Notes under the pieces: model-generated
What the model was told of the DNA's origin: nothing
What the model saw: the letters and a program-made list of their open reading frames with translations, nothing else
Databases searched by the model: none
Part shown: positions 30,119 through 40,825 of the stretch, piece after piece
Layout: the number at the start of each line of letters is the position of its first letter
Numbering within the stretch: the first letter of the stretch is position 1
NCBI GenBank assembly: GCA_963667015.2
Contig: CAXXJJ010000001.1
Location: forward strand, 2,144,001 to 2,208,000
DNA: 64,000 nucleotides
Origin: Desulfatiglandales bacterium
Lineage (GTDB): Bacteria > Desulfobacterota > DSM-4660 > Desulfatiglandales > HGW-15
Direction of reading: 5' to 3'
Position numbers and translations under genes: made by a program

Positions 30119-32423
30119 ACCGGGTAGGGCAAGGGCTTCTCAGCCCCTTTCCCCCCTAAGAAACGTACGTGATAGTTTCCCATCATACGGCTCAAGCATT
30201 TCACAAGGACGATCTTCTGGAACGCCCCGACTACGTTTCCCACTAATTAGCGTATAAAATCGCACGATTGGCTTTTGCCGTCAAGGCTGGTAATAATCGC
30301 TTCTCCTTATCATGCCTGCGTTGCCAAAAGTAACCGGCGTACTTCTTAAGGTAAGGATTAGCGTCTGCCTTGATTTTAATATGCCTTTTAATGCCCAAAT
30401 GGCCTAAGCGTAAAACGCTGTAGACTTTCTTCCCCAGCGTAGTTTTACCTACTGCGGAAAATACCCATTTTTTACCATCTACCATCCAGTACTTCTTAAC
30501 AAGCCATTTCTTTGACTTTCTTGGATGGCGTTTTCTGAGCATTCTCCATAACTGGTCATAGACATAACCGTCAATACGATAAAATGATGCTCCGGCTACT
30601 ACATGACGATGGTAGTTGCCCCAACCTCGAAGTACAGAGTTCAGTTCCTTTATCATGGCAGGCATTGGTGCACTGACGTATTTGCGGATTATTCCGCCGA
30701 GGCGTTGTATCAATGATTCTACGCCCTCTTTTGAAGGCCTTATGTGCAATGTCTTGCCGTGTTTCCGGAATGTTTGTCCCAGAAACATAAAACTGTCCCG
30801 GATATGTGTGATGGCAGTCTTTTGCTCAGAGAGATTTAATCCTCTTTCTCTTAAGAATTCTACGACCGCCGGCTTTACCTGTTTTTCTAAAAGCCTTCTG
30901 GATTTCCCTGTGATGATAAAATCATCCGCATAACGAATAAAATTTACTCTGGATCTACGCGGGACTGATTTATGTACAGCTTCTTCCAGTCCGTCCAGAA
31001 CCATATTCATTAACGTAGGGCTTATAATACCTCCCTGTGGTGTTCCTCTTCGGGTTGGATATCTTATCCCTTTTTCCACAAATCCTGCCTTCAACCACTT
31101 GGCCAGTATTTCTTTATCCATTGGGATGTTTGCCAGCATCCACTCATGCGATATGTTGTCAAAACATCCTTCAATGTCGGCTTCAAGCACCCACGTTGCG
31201 GAGTTTGGCTTGTTTAAGGCATTGAATGCCGCTCCTACTGCATCGGCACAGCTCCGCCCCTCTCTAAATCCATATGAGTTGCGGTCAGCTAATGTTTCTG
31301 CTATAGGAGCTAAAGCAAGTTTGTACAATGCCTGCATTGCCCTGTCATACATTGTAGGTATACTTAAAGGACGTTTCTTTTTACTTCTCTTTTTAGAAAT
31401 ATACGTCCTTCTAAGCGGTTGAGGTCTGTAACCTCTTTTGTGCAGGCTGTTAGCAGCCTGCCATTTGGTTTTGGCGCCTTTCCATAAGATGCCGTCAATG
31501 CCGGGTGTTTTCTTACCCTTATTAGTAGTCACTCTTTTTACTGCCAGAAGCTTGGCAGCTCTTGAGCGTGTGAGCAGATATTGTAATGATTTAACCTTAT
31601 TCCATCTGCCTTCCTGCGTAGCCTTTGCGATACGCATCTGCAGCCGTCTAACCTTTTTCCGCTCTGCTGTCCAGTCCACGCTGTTCCAGCATGCGGAGTC
31701 TGACTTCTTATCTTGGCTTTTGAGTGCACCAGCCGAAGCTGTCTTTTGCTTTCTCATCTACAACGGTTCTCCAGATTATCTCGCAAGGAAACACCAGTCG
31801 GATGTCTGCCCCCATTTCGGTATTCCTTTGACTCCTTCTACCTTTTAGGACTGCCATGTTTCATGCAGTATCCTTCCCGCTACAGGAAGGCATTTGCTTG
31901 TTCCGACCTCTCATTGCCGACCCTCCATGGGCTTGCCTTATACGGTTAGCTTGCCATGCATTGCGTGACATGGCGGACTGCCGGCTTTTCCACGTTCCGC
32001 ATAATCACCTTAAATGAATAACTTAGGTGGTACCTGTACGCCGATGGCTTGTGTTCCCGCATGGGCACGTTAGAAACCCATGACCACACCACATCTATCC
32101 GCCCAGAGGGATAGATCTTCGACCTTTATCCTGAAGTCAGGAAGTTAGCTCTCGTAGGTCTAGACTTTTATGACGACGCTTAAGGTCTTTGATTAATCTC
32201 ACCATATTATCCAGCCCTCGCCCTTAACCCGGTAGAGCTCCGGGATGGGTTCGCCTGTCACCATTTGAACCCGTTTCGGTACTTTGTCCACGGGGCTTCA
32301 CACTCTGTCATACGCGCAACAGCAGCATGCCCGTGTAGGGGACTGGAGGGGACGCTCCAGGTGTTGCCATGTATGGTGTAACCTCATGGTCAACACATAT
32401 GATTATGCGACATCGTGTCGCAA
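30119..32423 (-). mobile_element. Group II intron (CL/IIB-like), co-oriented with the cassettes, inserted in an attC R' box
   Basis: 5' TTGCGACACG; DV GAGCCGTATGATGGGAAACTATCACGTACGTTTC and DVI ending CCTACCCGGT; removal restores GTTAT|GCT. Confidence 0.85.
30243..31757 (-). CDS. ltrA: Group II intron reverse transcriptase/maturase (CL class, no obvious HNH domain)
   Basis: WNSVDW...VRRLQMRIAKA N-terminus, TPGIDG, GTPQGGIISP, RYADD. Confidence 0.93.
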   Translation of the reverse strand: MRKQKTASAGALKSQDKKSDSACWNSVDWTAERKKVRRLQMRIAKATQEGRWNKVKSLQYLLTRSRAAKLLAVKRVTTNKGKKTPGIDGILWKGAKTKWQAANSLHKRGYRPQPLRRTYISKKRSKKKRPLSIPTMYDRAMQALYKLALAPIAETLADRNSYGFREGRSCADAVGAAFNALNKPNSATWVLEADIEGCFDNISHEWMLANIPMDKEILAKWLKAGFVEKGIRYPTRRGTPQGGIISPTLMNMVLDGLEEAVHKSVPRRSRVNFIRYADDFIITGKSRRLLEKQVKPAVVEFLRERGLNLSEQKTAITHIRDSFMFLGQTFRKHGKTLHIRPSKEGVESLIQRLGGIIRKYVSAPMPAMIKELNSVLRGWGNYHRHVVAGASFYRIDGYVYDQLWRMLRKRHPRKSKKWLVKKYWMVDGKKWVFSAVGKTTLGKKVYSVLRLGHLGIKRHIKIKADANPYLKKYAGYFWQRRHDKEKRLLPALTAKANRAILYAN

Positions 32424-32552
32424 ATAACGGTGAAGTTAAGGAGCCTGGCGGTTTTATGGCAACTAGCCTCATGCTCCCAAGATACTTGTTAATATTGATT
32501 TTGCTCCGCTTGGCGATATAGTAGCCAGGTCACCTTGAACTATTGGTTAAGT
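32424..32552 (-). other. attC 14 (R' split by the intron)
   Basis: ATAAC...GTTAAGT. Confidence 0.85.
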
Positions 32553-32948
32553 GTTTTTAGATGTTGAATTTACCTCAAGAAGACCGAAACTATTACCGTC
32601 TTCACTTATTCCATGAGCTGTTACAGGAACATCCAAATAGGCAAAATATATTTTACCCAAGTTAGTTTTAGGATGCCTTACAAAAAGATGATAACTAGAA
32701 CCGTTTGGAATATATTTTTCAAGTTTTTCTAGCAGGCTCTCAACATTTATTGTTTTATTTTGTTTATTGGTATCATCATATAGGATGATATTTATTTCTT
32801 CTCCATCTTCATCAATTTCAAGATCCTTGATTGGTAGTTCCATAAAATCATCTTTTAATTTTGGATTTTCTCTAATTACAAAGACATTGTAATCTTTGAT
32901 ACCATCTATATTCTTTCGAATCTCATTTATAAGATATGATATTTCCAT
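32547..32948 (-). CDS. Cassette: hypothetical protein
   Basis: 133 aa, stop codon in R''. Confidence 0.75.
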   Translation of the reverse strand: MEISYLINEIRKNIDGIKDYNVFVIRENPKLKDDFMELPIKDLEIDEDGEEINIILYDDTNKQNKTINVESLLEKLEKYIPNGSSYHLFVRHPKTNLGKIYFAYLDVPVTAHGISEDGNSFGLLEVNSTSKNT

Positions 32949-32958
32949 ATGTCTTTAC

Positions 32959-33046
32959 ACTTAACGTTTTGCTCACCAGCCCCGCCGCGATGCTATGCGA
33001 AAAATGAAAGAGACCCTCCGGGGTCTGGTGTAGCTGTTTGTTATGC
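32959..33046 (-). other. attC 15 (88 bp)
   Basis: Related to attC 7 and 8. Confidence 0.9.
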
Positions 33047-33760
33047 CTTCAATCCATCGAGACATTGTTGATAATTCTGCATAGAAGTATGAAACCCGTC
33101 CCTGATATCCCGGTGTAAATCCCAAGGCCAGCCAACACCGGATAGAAAAGAGGTATCAACATCATGATCTAACCAGAGTGTCTTCTGGTCTTTCTCTTGC
33201 ATTGTATGCCGCAAGTAATGCTTAATATTTTCTTCAAATGTTTTTGGCATTGACTCACCTTCTACAAGGTAGAATCGGGTTTTCAAGACCTCACGAATCT
33301 TGTCATGAATCGGATCAAAGTAATTTTCATGATAGTATCTTTCTATTATTTCTGATTTATCGGGTGTGACGCCTTTTTTCAACTCCATTTGAAGCTCGAA
33401 CGCTACGTATAGTATATGGTTTACCATGTTGTACAATGGTCCATAGAACTCTTCTATCTGTCGTTCGTAATGCTTCATTAACGCCTGAAGTTTCCGAGTA
33501 CGATCTTGTGCTGTCTGCTCCAGATGTACTTTAACCGATTCCAATTGTCTCAGGTATTGGGCTTTTTCCGATTCTATGGATTTTGTAAATTCTGCTTTTA
33601 TTTCCTCAATCTCCTTAAGGTGTTCAGTCTTTTCTCGTTCCATCAGTCGATTGGCCCAGATATTTCCCAGCCAATTTGATAGACCAAGAATTATTGCTCC
33701 TCCTCCGCCTAAAGATGCGAGCAAGGCAGCAACTACTGACCAAATTTCTCCAGTACTCAT
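33041..33760 (-). CDS. Cassette: membrane-anchored coiled-coil protein
   Basis: N-terminal TM with GGGG, then a coiled-coil-like segment. Confidence 0.78.
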   Translation of the reverse strand: MSTGEIWSVVAALLASLGGGGAIILGLSNWLGNIWANRLMEREKTEHLKEIEEIKAEFTKSIESEKAQYLRQLESVKVHLEQTAQDRTRKLQALMKHYERQIEEFYGPLYNMVNHILYVAFELQMELKKGVTPDKSEIIERYYHENYFDPIHDKIREVLKTRFYLVEGESMPKTFEENIKHYLRHTMQEKDQKTLWLDHDVDTSFLSGVGWPWDLHRDIRDGFHTSMQNYQQCLDGLKA

Positions 33761-33775
33761 TGCGACCTCCTTTTG

Positions 33776-33840
33776 GCATAACGCCTTGCATAAGCGGTTT
33801 GGCGGCTTTTCGCCAAATCAGCTTGATGCAAATGTTATGC
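33776..33840 (-). other. attC 16 (65 bp)
   Basis: GCATAAC...GTTATGC. Confidence 0.9.
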
Positions 33841-33845
33841 ATTTG

Positions 33846-34727
33846 TTACTTAAAAATAGCATATAGTATGATTACAATAATTAACACCCAAATTGCTGTA
33901 GCCAACCTGTTTAGTGGTTGCAAATACGACTGTAGTATCTTCAATAAATCTTGCTTTGATTTTTGTTCTGGTGTTAGTTCTTTTTTAAAAATATCTCCGT
34001 CCTCGACTTCTTCATAATTGTATTCGGAGTCTGTTTTTAGAAAATGTTGGCCAATTTTTGAAATTACATTTATCCATGAAAGGAAGCACGGTGTGGTTTC
34101 ATTAATAATGAGGTCTCTAGGGTGATAATGTTCTCTGAGTGCATCATCCACTTCATATGTAAATGAAAGAAGTGAGGTACATATCTCGATAGAAGAGTTG
34201 GAATCAGCCCTAAGAGCTGAAATAAGAGATAACAATTGATCTCGTGGGATAGTTAATTCAAAATAAATTTCATCTTCTCCTGGTTTGAAGTTCATTCGGA
34301 ATGCAGAACCGCGATAAAGACCTTTAGGCATTGTATTGGTTTCATCGGTGGGTGACCCAACTTTAATAGAAATGTTTGTGTCACCTGATGCATCCTCTAC
34401 AGAAAATATGTTTTCTTTTCCTTCGTCTTCAACTGCAAAATAGATATGATCTCGCATTTGGTTATCATCGACTATGCCTCTTATAGCAAGTTGCTCAGAG
34501 ATATCTGCTTTTACTAGTTTTAGCGGTTTTTCGGATTTTTCATCCTCCCAGTCAATATCAGTTTCATGCACGTTACAACCAGTTACGATTTTTATATTTT
34601 TTAATGGTAGATTGATGTGGTTAATGTTCCTTCGCCATTCCAAAGGTCTGCTTCGATCTTCAGGTGGCCCGACTTCTTGAAAAACACCATCCGATACTTT
34701 CAGTAGTTTTCTATCTCTTAGTATCAA
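33846..34727 (-). CDS. Cassette: hypothetical protein with C-terminal TM
   Basis: 293 aa, GGAGG RBS before a TTG start. Confidence 0.78.
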   Translation of the reverse strand: MILRDRKLLKVSDGVFQEVGPPEDRSRPLEWRRNINHINLPLKNIKIVTGCNVHETDIDWEDEKSEKPLKLVKADISEQLAIRGIVDDNQMRDHIYFAVEDEGKENIFSVEDASGDTNISIKVGSPTDETNTMPKGLYRGSAFRMNFKPGEDEIYFELTIPRDQLLSLISALRADSNSSIEICTSLLSFTYEVDDALREHYHPRDLIINETTPCFLSWINVISKIGQHFLKTDSEYNYEEVEDGDIFKKELTPEQKSKQDLLKILQSYLQPLNRLATAIWVLIIVIILYAIFK

Positions 34728-34747
34728 AATGTGCCTCCATATTCATT

Positions 34748-34812
34748 GCATAACGGTGCCCTTAACATGCCGGGCGGCGTTTCATCGCCCGGTCATAGTT
34801 GAAGGGCGGGTT
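34748..34812 (-). other. attC 17 (R'' interrupted by tandem introns; remainder at 39027-39030)
   Basis: GCATAAC...GTT|introns|ATGT. Confidence 0.88.
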
Positions 34813-36921
34813 GTGTGCCGGGCTGGCCCGGCTGCTAAATGGTGATGCGGAGGTATTTTGACACAAATACACTGCAAAGTCCATATCCAGGCTGACGGAG
34901 CCGAAGGATAGTCGAGGGCAAGGGTACTGAAAGGAATATGTGCCTGAAGGAAGCCTAAGACAAAAGCGTGGGTTGACGTACAGGTATGCCCCGTACCTTA
35001 ACTGGTAGAGGGCAGGCAGATTAGGCTGGGGGATGTCGGGACGAGTCCGCAACACAGGATAAAGTCCTATATCCGTTACATGGCTGAACCAAGTATATCT
35101 GACAATCGTGCGCTGAAAGTAGCCGAGGCTTACCCCGGGAGGTCCACTGCGTCTCAGAAGATCTATCGCTGTAAGCTACCGGAATATTGGGAAAACCGGT
35201 TAAAAAAAAATCCCGGCATCATTATGGCCGGGCGTCCCGGCAAATGATGAGCCTGTCCTGCAGGGCAGGGCAAACAAACAGAGGGCGCAGGCGGTAGAAA
35301 CCAATGAGTGACCAAACCGCAAGGGGAGACTATCGCGTAGTGGGAGTCAGCAGAGGGCATAATAGTTTCTGAGTACAGTCGGTACTAAGGAATAAGGCCC
35401 GAACGGTGCCACCTGTCGAATGGCAGGGGTAAATGAGAGAGGTTATTAGGAGACGAGTCTAATGAAATCATCGCGGCAGTGGAAACAACTTGAGTTGTAC
35501 TCGATAGATCCCGGCCCAAGGGCTAAAACGGATACGAGTTCCGAAGATTTTATTGCGTCGCGTCTATCCGAAAGCCCGACAGGTCAGATCCGGCTCATGG
35601 AGTCAATCTGTGAGCGGAGCAACATGAGACGCGCTATCAAGCGGGTCATCAAGAACAAGGGAGCCCCCGGTGTGGATGGTATGACCGTCAGCAAGATAGA
35701 CAGGTATTATCAAAGGCACCGGGACAAGATCGAAAAGGCCCTGCTGGAGGGAACGTATATGCCCATGCCGGTATTACAAAAGGAGATTGATAAACCGGAC
35801 GGCGGAACCCGCCTTCTCGGGATTCCTACTGTGCTGGACAGGGTGATTCAGCAGGCAGTGGCTCAGGTATTTACAAGTATCTGGGATTATACCTTTTCGG
35901 AGATGAGCTTTGGCTTCCGCCCAGAACGCTCTCAGCATGGTGCTGTTCGTCAGTACCGGGAGTATCTGAGGGCAGGGTATAAGTATGTGGTTGATATTGA
36001 TATATCCAAATTCTTTGACAGGGTAAACCATGACAGGCTAATGAGCCGTCTTGCTGCCAGGGTCAAGGATAAGAGGGTATTGAAACTAATCCGCAGGTTT
36101 CTGACATCCGGTGTAATGATCGGAGGTCTTGTAGAGCCAATGAGAGAGGGTACGCCCCAGGGCGGCCCACTTTCCCCCTTGCTCAGTAATATTGTTCTTG
36201 ATGAACTGGATAAAGAGCTTGAAAAGCGTGGTCTTCGTTTTGTCCGGTATGCTGATGACTGTGTCATATTTGTCAAAAGCAAACCGGCAGCGAATCGAGT
36301 GATGAGTAGTATAACCCGGTTTATAGAAAAGAAGTTGAGATTAAAGGTGAACCGGGAAAAGAGCGCCATTAGCCTCCCATGGAAAAGTAAGTATCTGGGA
36401 TTCTGCGTAACAAACTCAAGCACGAATCCCAAGATACGTATTCATTGGAAGAGTATCAAGAGGTTTAAGGAGCGGGTAAAGGAAATTACAGCCCGCAATA
36501 GAGGGCGCAGTATTGTGCAGGTGATCAAAGAGCTTAATGATTATATGAGAGGTTGGTGGAACTATTATGGTATTACCGAGTCCTACAACCGAATAAAGCT
36601 CTTGCCCAGTTGGATCAGGCGACGCCTTCGGGCTGTTATCTGGAAACACTGGAAGAACCGCAGAACCCGTGTAGGTGAACTCCTCAAAAGAGGAGTTAGA
36701 AAAGATGAAGCTGTTACTACAGGATGTGCCCGAAAGGGTCCATGGAGAATGAGCAGAGTTGAATGGGTTCAGTATGCACTACCTAATAAATACTTTTCAT
36801 CACTTGGGCTTGTGTTCCCCTGGAACTGATTTCTGCCTTGGATCAGCCGAACCGCGTTGTACGGACCCGTATGCTGCGTGGTGTGGGAGGGAGTAGTCGC
36901 GAGGCTACTTCCTATCCCGAT
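34813..36921 (+). mobile_element. Group IIC-attC intron, copy A
   Basis: 5' GTGTG directly after the attC bottom-strand GTT; class C-type DV GAACCGCGTTGTACGGACCCGTATGCTGCGTGGTG; 3' CCTATCCCGAT. Confidence 0.92.
35462..36829 (+). CDS. ltrA: Group II intron RT/maturase (class C), copy A
   Basis: NKGAPGVDG, GTPQGGPLSP, RYADD; no endonuclease domain. Confidence 0.95.
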   Translation: MKSSRQWKQLELYSIDPGPRAKTDTSSEDFIASRLSESPTGQIRLMESICERSNMRRAIKRVIKNKGAPGVDGMTVSKIDRYYQRHRDKIEKALLEGTYMPMPVLQKEIDKPDGGTRLLGIPTVLDRVIQQAVAQVFTSIWDYTFSEMSFGFRPERSQHGAVRQYREYLRAGYKYVVDIDISKFFDRVNHDRLMSRLAARVKDKRVLKLIRRFLTSGVMIGGLVEPMREGTPQGGPLSPLLSNIVLDELDKELEKRGLRFVRYADDCVIFVKSKPAANRVMSSITRFIEKKLRLKVNREKSAISLPWKSKYLGFCVTNSSTNPKIRIHWKSIKRFKERVKEITARNRGRSIVQVIKELNDYMRGWWNYYGITESYNRIKLLPSWIRRRLRAVIWKHWKNRRTRVGELLKRGVRKDEAVTTGCARKGPWRMSRVEWVQYALPNKYFSSLGLVFPWN

Positions 36922-39026
36922 GTGTGCCGGGCTGGTCCGGCTGCTAAATGGTGATGCGGAGGTATTTTGACACAAATACACTGCAAAGTCCATATCCAGG
37001 CTGACGGAGCCGAAGGATAGTCGAGGGCAAGGGTACTGAAAGGAATATGTGCCTGAAGGAAGCCTAAGACAAAAGCGTGGGTTGACGTACAGGTATGCCC
37101 CGTACCTTAACTGGTAGAGGGCAGGCAGATTAGGCTGGGGGATGTCGGGACGAGTCCGCAACACAGGATAAAGTCCTATATCCGTTACATGGCTGAACCA
37201 AGTATATCTGACAATCGTGCGCTGAAAGTAGCCGAGGCTTACCCCGGGAGGTCCATTGCGTCTCAGAAGATCTATCGCTGTAAGCTACCGGAATATCGGG
37301 AAAACCGGAAAAAAATCCCCGGCATCAAATGACCGGGCGTCCCGGCAAATGATGAGCCTGTCCTGCAGGGCAGGGTAAACAAACAGAGGGCGCAGGCGGT
37401 AGAAACCAATGAGTGATCAAACCGCAAGGGGAGACTATCGCGTAGTGGGAGTCAGCAGAGGGCATAATAGTTCCTGAGTACAGTCGGTACTAAGGAATAA
37501 GGCCCGAACGGTGCCACCTGTCGAATGGCAGGGGTAAATGAGAGAGGTTAATAGGAGACGAGTCTAATGAAATCATGGCGGCAGTGGAAACAACTTGAGT
37601 TGTACTCGATAGATCCCGGCCCAAGGGCTAAAACGGATACGAGTTCCGAAGATTTTATTGCGTCACGTTTATCCGAAAGCCCGACAGGTCAGATCCGGCT
37701 CATGGAGTCAATCTGTGAGCGGAACAACATGAGACGCGCTATCAGGCGGGTCATCAAGAACAAGGGAGCCCCCGGTGTGGACGGCATGACCGTCAGCAAG
37801 ATAGTCAGGTATTATCAAAGGCACCGGGACAAGATCGAAAAGGCCCTGCTGGATGGAACATATATGCCCATGCCGGTGTTACAAAAGGAGATTGAAAAAC
37901 CGGACGGCGGAATCCGCCTTCTCGGGATTCCCACAGTACTGGACAGGGTGATTCAGCAGGCAGTGGCTCAGGTATTTACAAGTATCTGGGATTATACCTT
38001 TTCGGAGATGAGCTTTGGCTTCCGCCCAGAACGCTCCCAGCACGGTGCTGTTCGTCAGTACCGAGAGTATCTGAGGGCAGGGTATAAGTATGTGGTTGAT
38101 ATTGATATATCCAAATTCTTTGACAGGGTAAATCATGACAGACTAATGAGTCGTCTTGCTACCCGGATAAAGGATAAGAGGGTATTGAAGCTCATCCGCA
38201 GGTTTCTGACATCCGGTGTAATGATTGGAGGTCTTGTAGAGCCAATGAGAGAGGGTACACCTCAAGGCGGCCCACTTTCCCCCTTGCTCAGTAATATTGT
38301 TCTTGATGAACTGGATAAAGAGCTTGAAAAGCGTGGTCTTCGTTTTGTCCGGTATGCTGATGACTGTGTCATATTTGTCAAAAGCAAACCGGCAGCGAAT
38401 CGAGTGATGAGTAGTATAACCCGGTTTATAGAAAAGAAGTTGAGATTAAAGGTGAACCGGGAAAAGAGCGCCATTAGCCTCCCATGGAAAAGTAAGTATC
38501 TGGGATTCTGCGTAACAAACTCAAGCACGAATCCCAAGATACGTATTCATTGGAAGAGTATCAAGAGGTTTAAGGAGCGGGTAAAGGAAATTACAGCCCG
38601 CAATAGAGGGCGCAGTATTGTGCAGGTGATCAAAGAGCTTAATGATTATATGAGAGGTTGGTGGAACTATTATGGTATTACCGAGTCCTACAACCGAATA
38701 AAGCTCTTGCCCAGTTGGATCAGGCGACGCCTTCGGGCTGTTATCTGGAAACACTGGAAGAACCGCAGAACCCGTGTAGGTGAACTCCTCAAAAGAGGAG
38801 TTAGAAAAGATGAAGCTGTTACTACCGGATGTGCCCGAAAGGGGCCATGGAGAATGAGCAGAGTTGAATGGGTTCAGTATGCACTACCTAATAAATACTT
38901 TTCATCACTTGGGCTTGTGTTCCCCTGGAACTGATTACTGCCTTGGATCAGCCGAACCGCGTTGTACGGACCCGTATGCTGCGTGGTGTGGGAGGGAGTA
39001 GTCGTGAGGCTACTTCCTATCCCGAT
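36922..39026 (+). mobile_element. Group IIC-attC intron, copy B, abutting copy A
   Basis: CCCGAT|GTGTG junction with no spacer; same termini as copy A. Confidence 0.92.
37567..38934 (+). CDS. ltrA: Group II intron RT/maturase (class C), copy B
   Basis: 455 aa; nine substitutions versus copy A by eye. Confidence 0.95.
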   Translation: MKSWRQWKQLELYSIDPGPRAKTDTSSEDFIASRLSESPTGQIRLMESICERNNMRRAIRRVIKNKGAPGVDGMTVSKIVRYYQRHRDKIEKALLDGTYMPMPVLQKEIEKPDGGIRLLGIPTVLDRVIQQAVAQVFTSIWDYTFSEMSFGFRPERSQHGAVRQYREYLRAGYKYVVDIDISKFFDRVNHDRLMSRLATRIKDKRVLKLIRRFLTSGVMIGGLVEPMREGTPQGGPLSPLLSNIVLDELDKELEKRGLRFVRYADDCVIFVKSKPAANRVMSSITRFIEKKLRLKVNREKSAISLPWKSKYLGFCVTNSSTNPKIRIHWKSIKRFKERVKEITARNRGRSIVQVIKELNDYMRGWWNYYGITESYNRIKLLPSWIRRRLRAVIWKHWKNRRTRVGELLKRGVRKDEAVTTGCARKGPWRMSRVEWVQYALPNKYFSSLGLVFPWN

Positions 39027-39693
39027 ATGTCATGTCTTTGATTGTAATCATATTTCCATCATGGAATATTACAGTATCTCCAATATAGATAATCTCATTA
39101 TTATCATGAAATATTGCCGAACCATCTGTGATTGAAACGATATCATGCTCAATACCTTTGGAATATTCACTGACTTTTTCGATAAAAGATGTTTCCATAT
39201 TATTAAAGTGTGGTAAAAATTCATAATTGACAATGTTAAGGGCTTGATAATTAGAGTGATCACGTATGACTTGTTCAACTGTCTCTGTTACCAGGCGAAA
39301 TAATGAAACATTTTTTGTAAACTGCATCGATCCACCACTTGCACCCATTATCAAAAGGTCTTCAGCTATTAAATTGAGTAAACGTGACTCTAAACCAGTT
39401 TGAAGAATATTTTCCCTAAAACTTATTGGATTCCCACCTGTTAAATAAATGACATCATATTTATTAAGGTCATCTAATTGCCTTTCATCAAGATCTTCAT
39501 CAATGTCTATAAAATCCAGATTTGTAAAACCAAATGATTTAAAATGCCTTTTAGCTTTAGGAAAACGTTCATGCCCCTCTTTACTAAATGGAGGTATCCA
39601 GGCAATACGAGGATTTGTGCCTTTACTTCTGATGTGTTCTAAAATAATTTCATTTCTTGATAAAGGAAAGTCACTTGTAAGCAATAATTTCAC
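39010..39693 (-). CDS. Cassette: peptidase S51 (dipeptidase E/cyanophycinase-like)
   Basis: IYLTGGN, GASGGS and LPH motifs. Confidence 0.85.
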   Translation of the reverse strand: MKLLLTSDFPLSRNEIILEHIRSKGTNPRIAWIPPFSKEGHERFPKAKRHFKSFGFTNLDFIDIDEDLDERQLDDLNKYDVIYLTGGNPISFRENILQTGLESRLLNLIAEDLLIMGASGGSMQFTKNVSLFRLVTETVEQVIRDHSNYQALNIVNYEFLPHFNNMETSFIEKVSEYSKGIEHDIVSITDGSAIFHDNNEIIYIGDTVIFHDGNMITIKDMTYRDRK

Positions 39694-39725
39694 AATTTAG
39701 CTCCAAGAATAGTTACCCTTCAATG

Positions 39726-39859
39726 ACATAACGAAAAGCATTACAGGCCGGGCGGTGCAAACCAACTTACCATGTTAAAGGTACGAGGATTCTGAGTTGG
39801 CAGATAGTTTAAAAAAGGCGAAAAAAATAGCACGGTCCTAGTAGATGCAATGGTTGGCT
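39726..39859 (-). other. attC 18 (134 bp, ORF-less cassette type)
   Basis: Near copy of attC 4. Confidence 0.9.
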
Positions 39860-40121
39860 GCCGCCAACCTGTTTAATTTGATTTTGACTTCTTACTTTCA
39901 ATTACTGATTTTTAAAGATTTGATGCTTTTTGAATACTATGATTTTTGATTCTTCTTTTTATATTGTTCTGAATTATTTTTCAAAGGAATTTCCGGGGAA
40001 TGGATTTCCTTTGTTTTGTTACCTTTTTATTTCCAGAACATTTCTCGCGCCTTTGAGTTACTTGTTATTTGCAACTTCATTTCCGCTTCTCCTGTAATTA
40101 TTTTCTTTCTGCTTTCCAGCA
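39860..40121 (-). repeat. ORF-less cassette family A, copy 3
   Basis: Homologous to the other copies. Confidence 0.9.
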
Positions 40122-40253
40122 CGCCAACGCCCCAAATAACCAGACGGGCGGTTAATGATTATTGATACTTGCAAACATCAATTGCTTCTATGATGCACCC
40201 AACTGCGATCTGGCAAGAGAGTAGCCCGGTCTGAGTTGATTTGGATGTTAGCA
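40122..40253 (-). other. attC 19 (132 bp)
   Basis: CGCCAAC...GTTAGCA. Confidence 0.85.
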
Positions 40254-40679
40254 GTCTCCAAGTTCCACTATGCCAGGACTAAAGCAACCTACCATGAATC
40301 CCAAGTATGGATCATTGCCTTTTTCATTAATAACCCAATGCCAATCAACTATCTCGGTGTTTGTAGGGAAACTAAGTTGCACATTATTTTCGAAAGTTAA
40401 AATTAACGTTGAATCTTTTGATAGTGAGAGCTCATTTATTTTTTTCCTTAAGGTACAGCATGAAATAAATGATTTTGCCATATCAGTTTTATCGACAGCC
40501 TCTTCAGAAGGTTGGTATTCTGAGAGTACTTTATTATTTAGGAACTCTTCATCAGGTGAATTTACGTTTTGTGAAATTAACCAAAAGCCATCAAAGTAAT
40601 AATCGAATGTATCACCGATGCTGAATCGAGTATAGTAATTACCAATAAGTTTTTTCTTTAATATATCTATTTCGTTCAT
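40248..40679 (-). CDS. Cassette: hypothetical protein
   Basis: 143 aa, stop codon in R''. Confidence 0.75.
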   Translation of the reverse strand: MNEIDILKKKLIGNYYTRFSIGDTFDYYFDGFWLISQNVNSPDEEFLNNKVLSEYQPSEEAVDKTDMAKSFISCCTLRKKINELSLSKDSTLILTFENNVQLSFPTNTEIVDWHWVINEKGNDPYLGFMVGCFSPGIVELGDC

Positions 40680-40693
40680 ATCATTTCATGCAC

Positions 40694-40825
40694 TGCTAAC
40701 GCCGAAATAACCAGCCGCGGCGGTTTATTGTTATAAATAGTTGCCAACCTCAATTGTTTCTATGTTGCTCTCAACTCCGATCTGGCAAGAGAGTAGCCCG
40801 GTCTGAGTTGATTTTGTGGTTGTGC
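40694..40825 (-). other. attC 20 (132 bp)
   Basis: Related to attC 19 and 21. Confidence 0.85.

Noticed and set aside
34762..37164. Repeated antisense ORFs (MLRTRPDIPQ..., 97 and 131 aa)
   Set aside because: Shadow frames over the intron ribozyme region; repeated only because the intron is duplicated.
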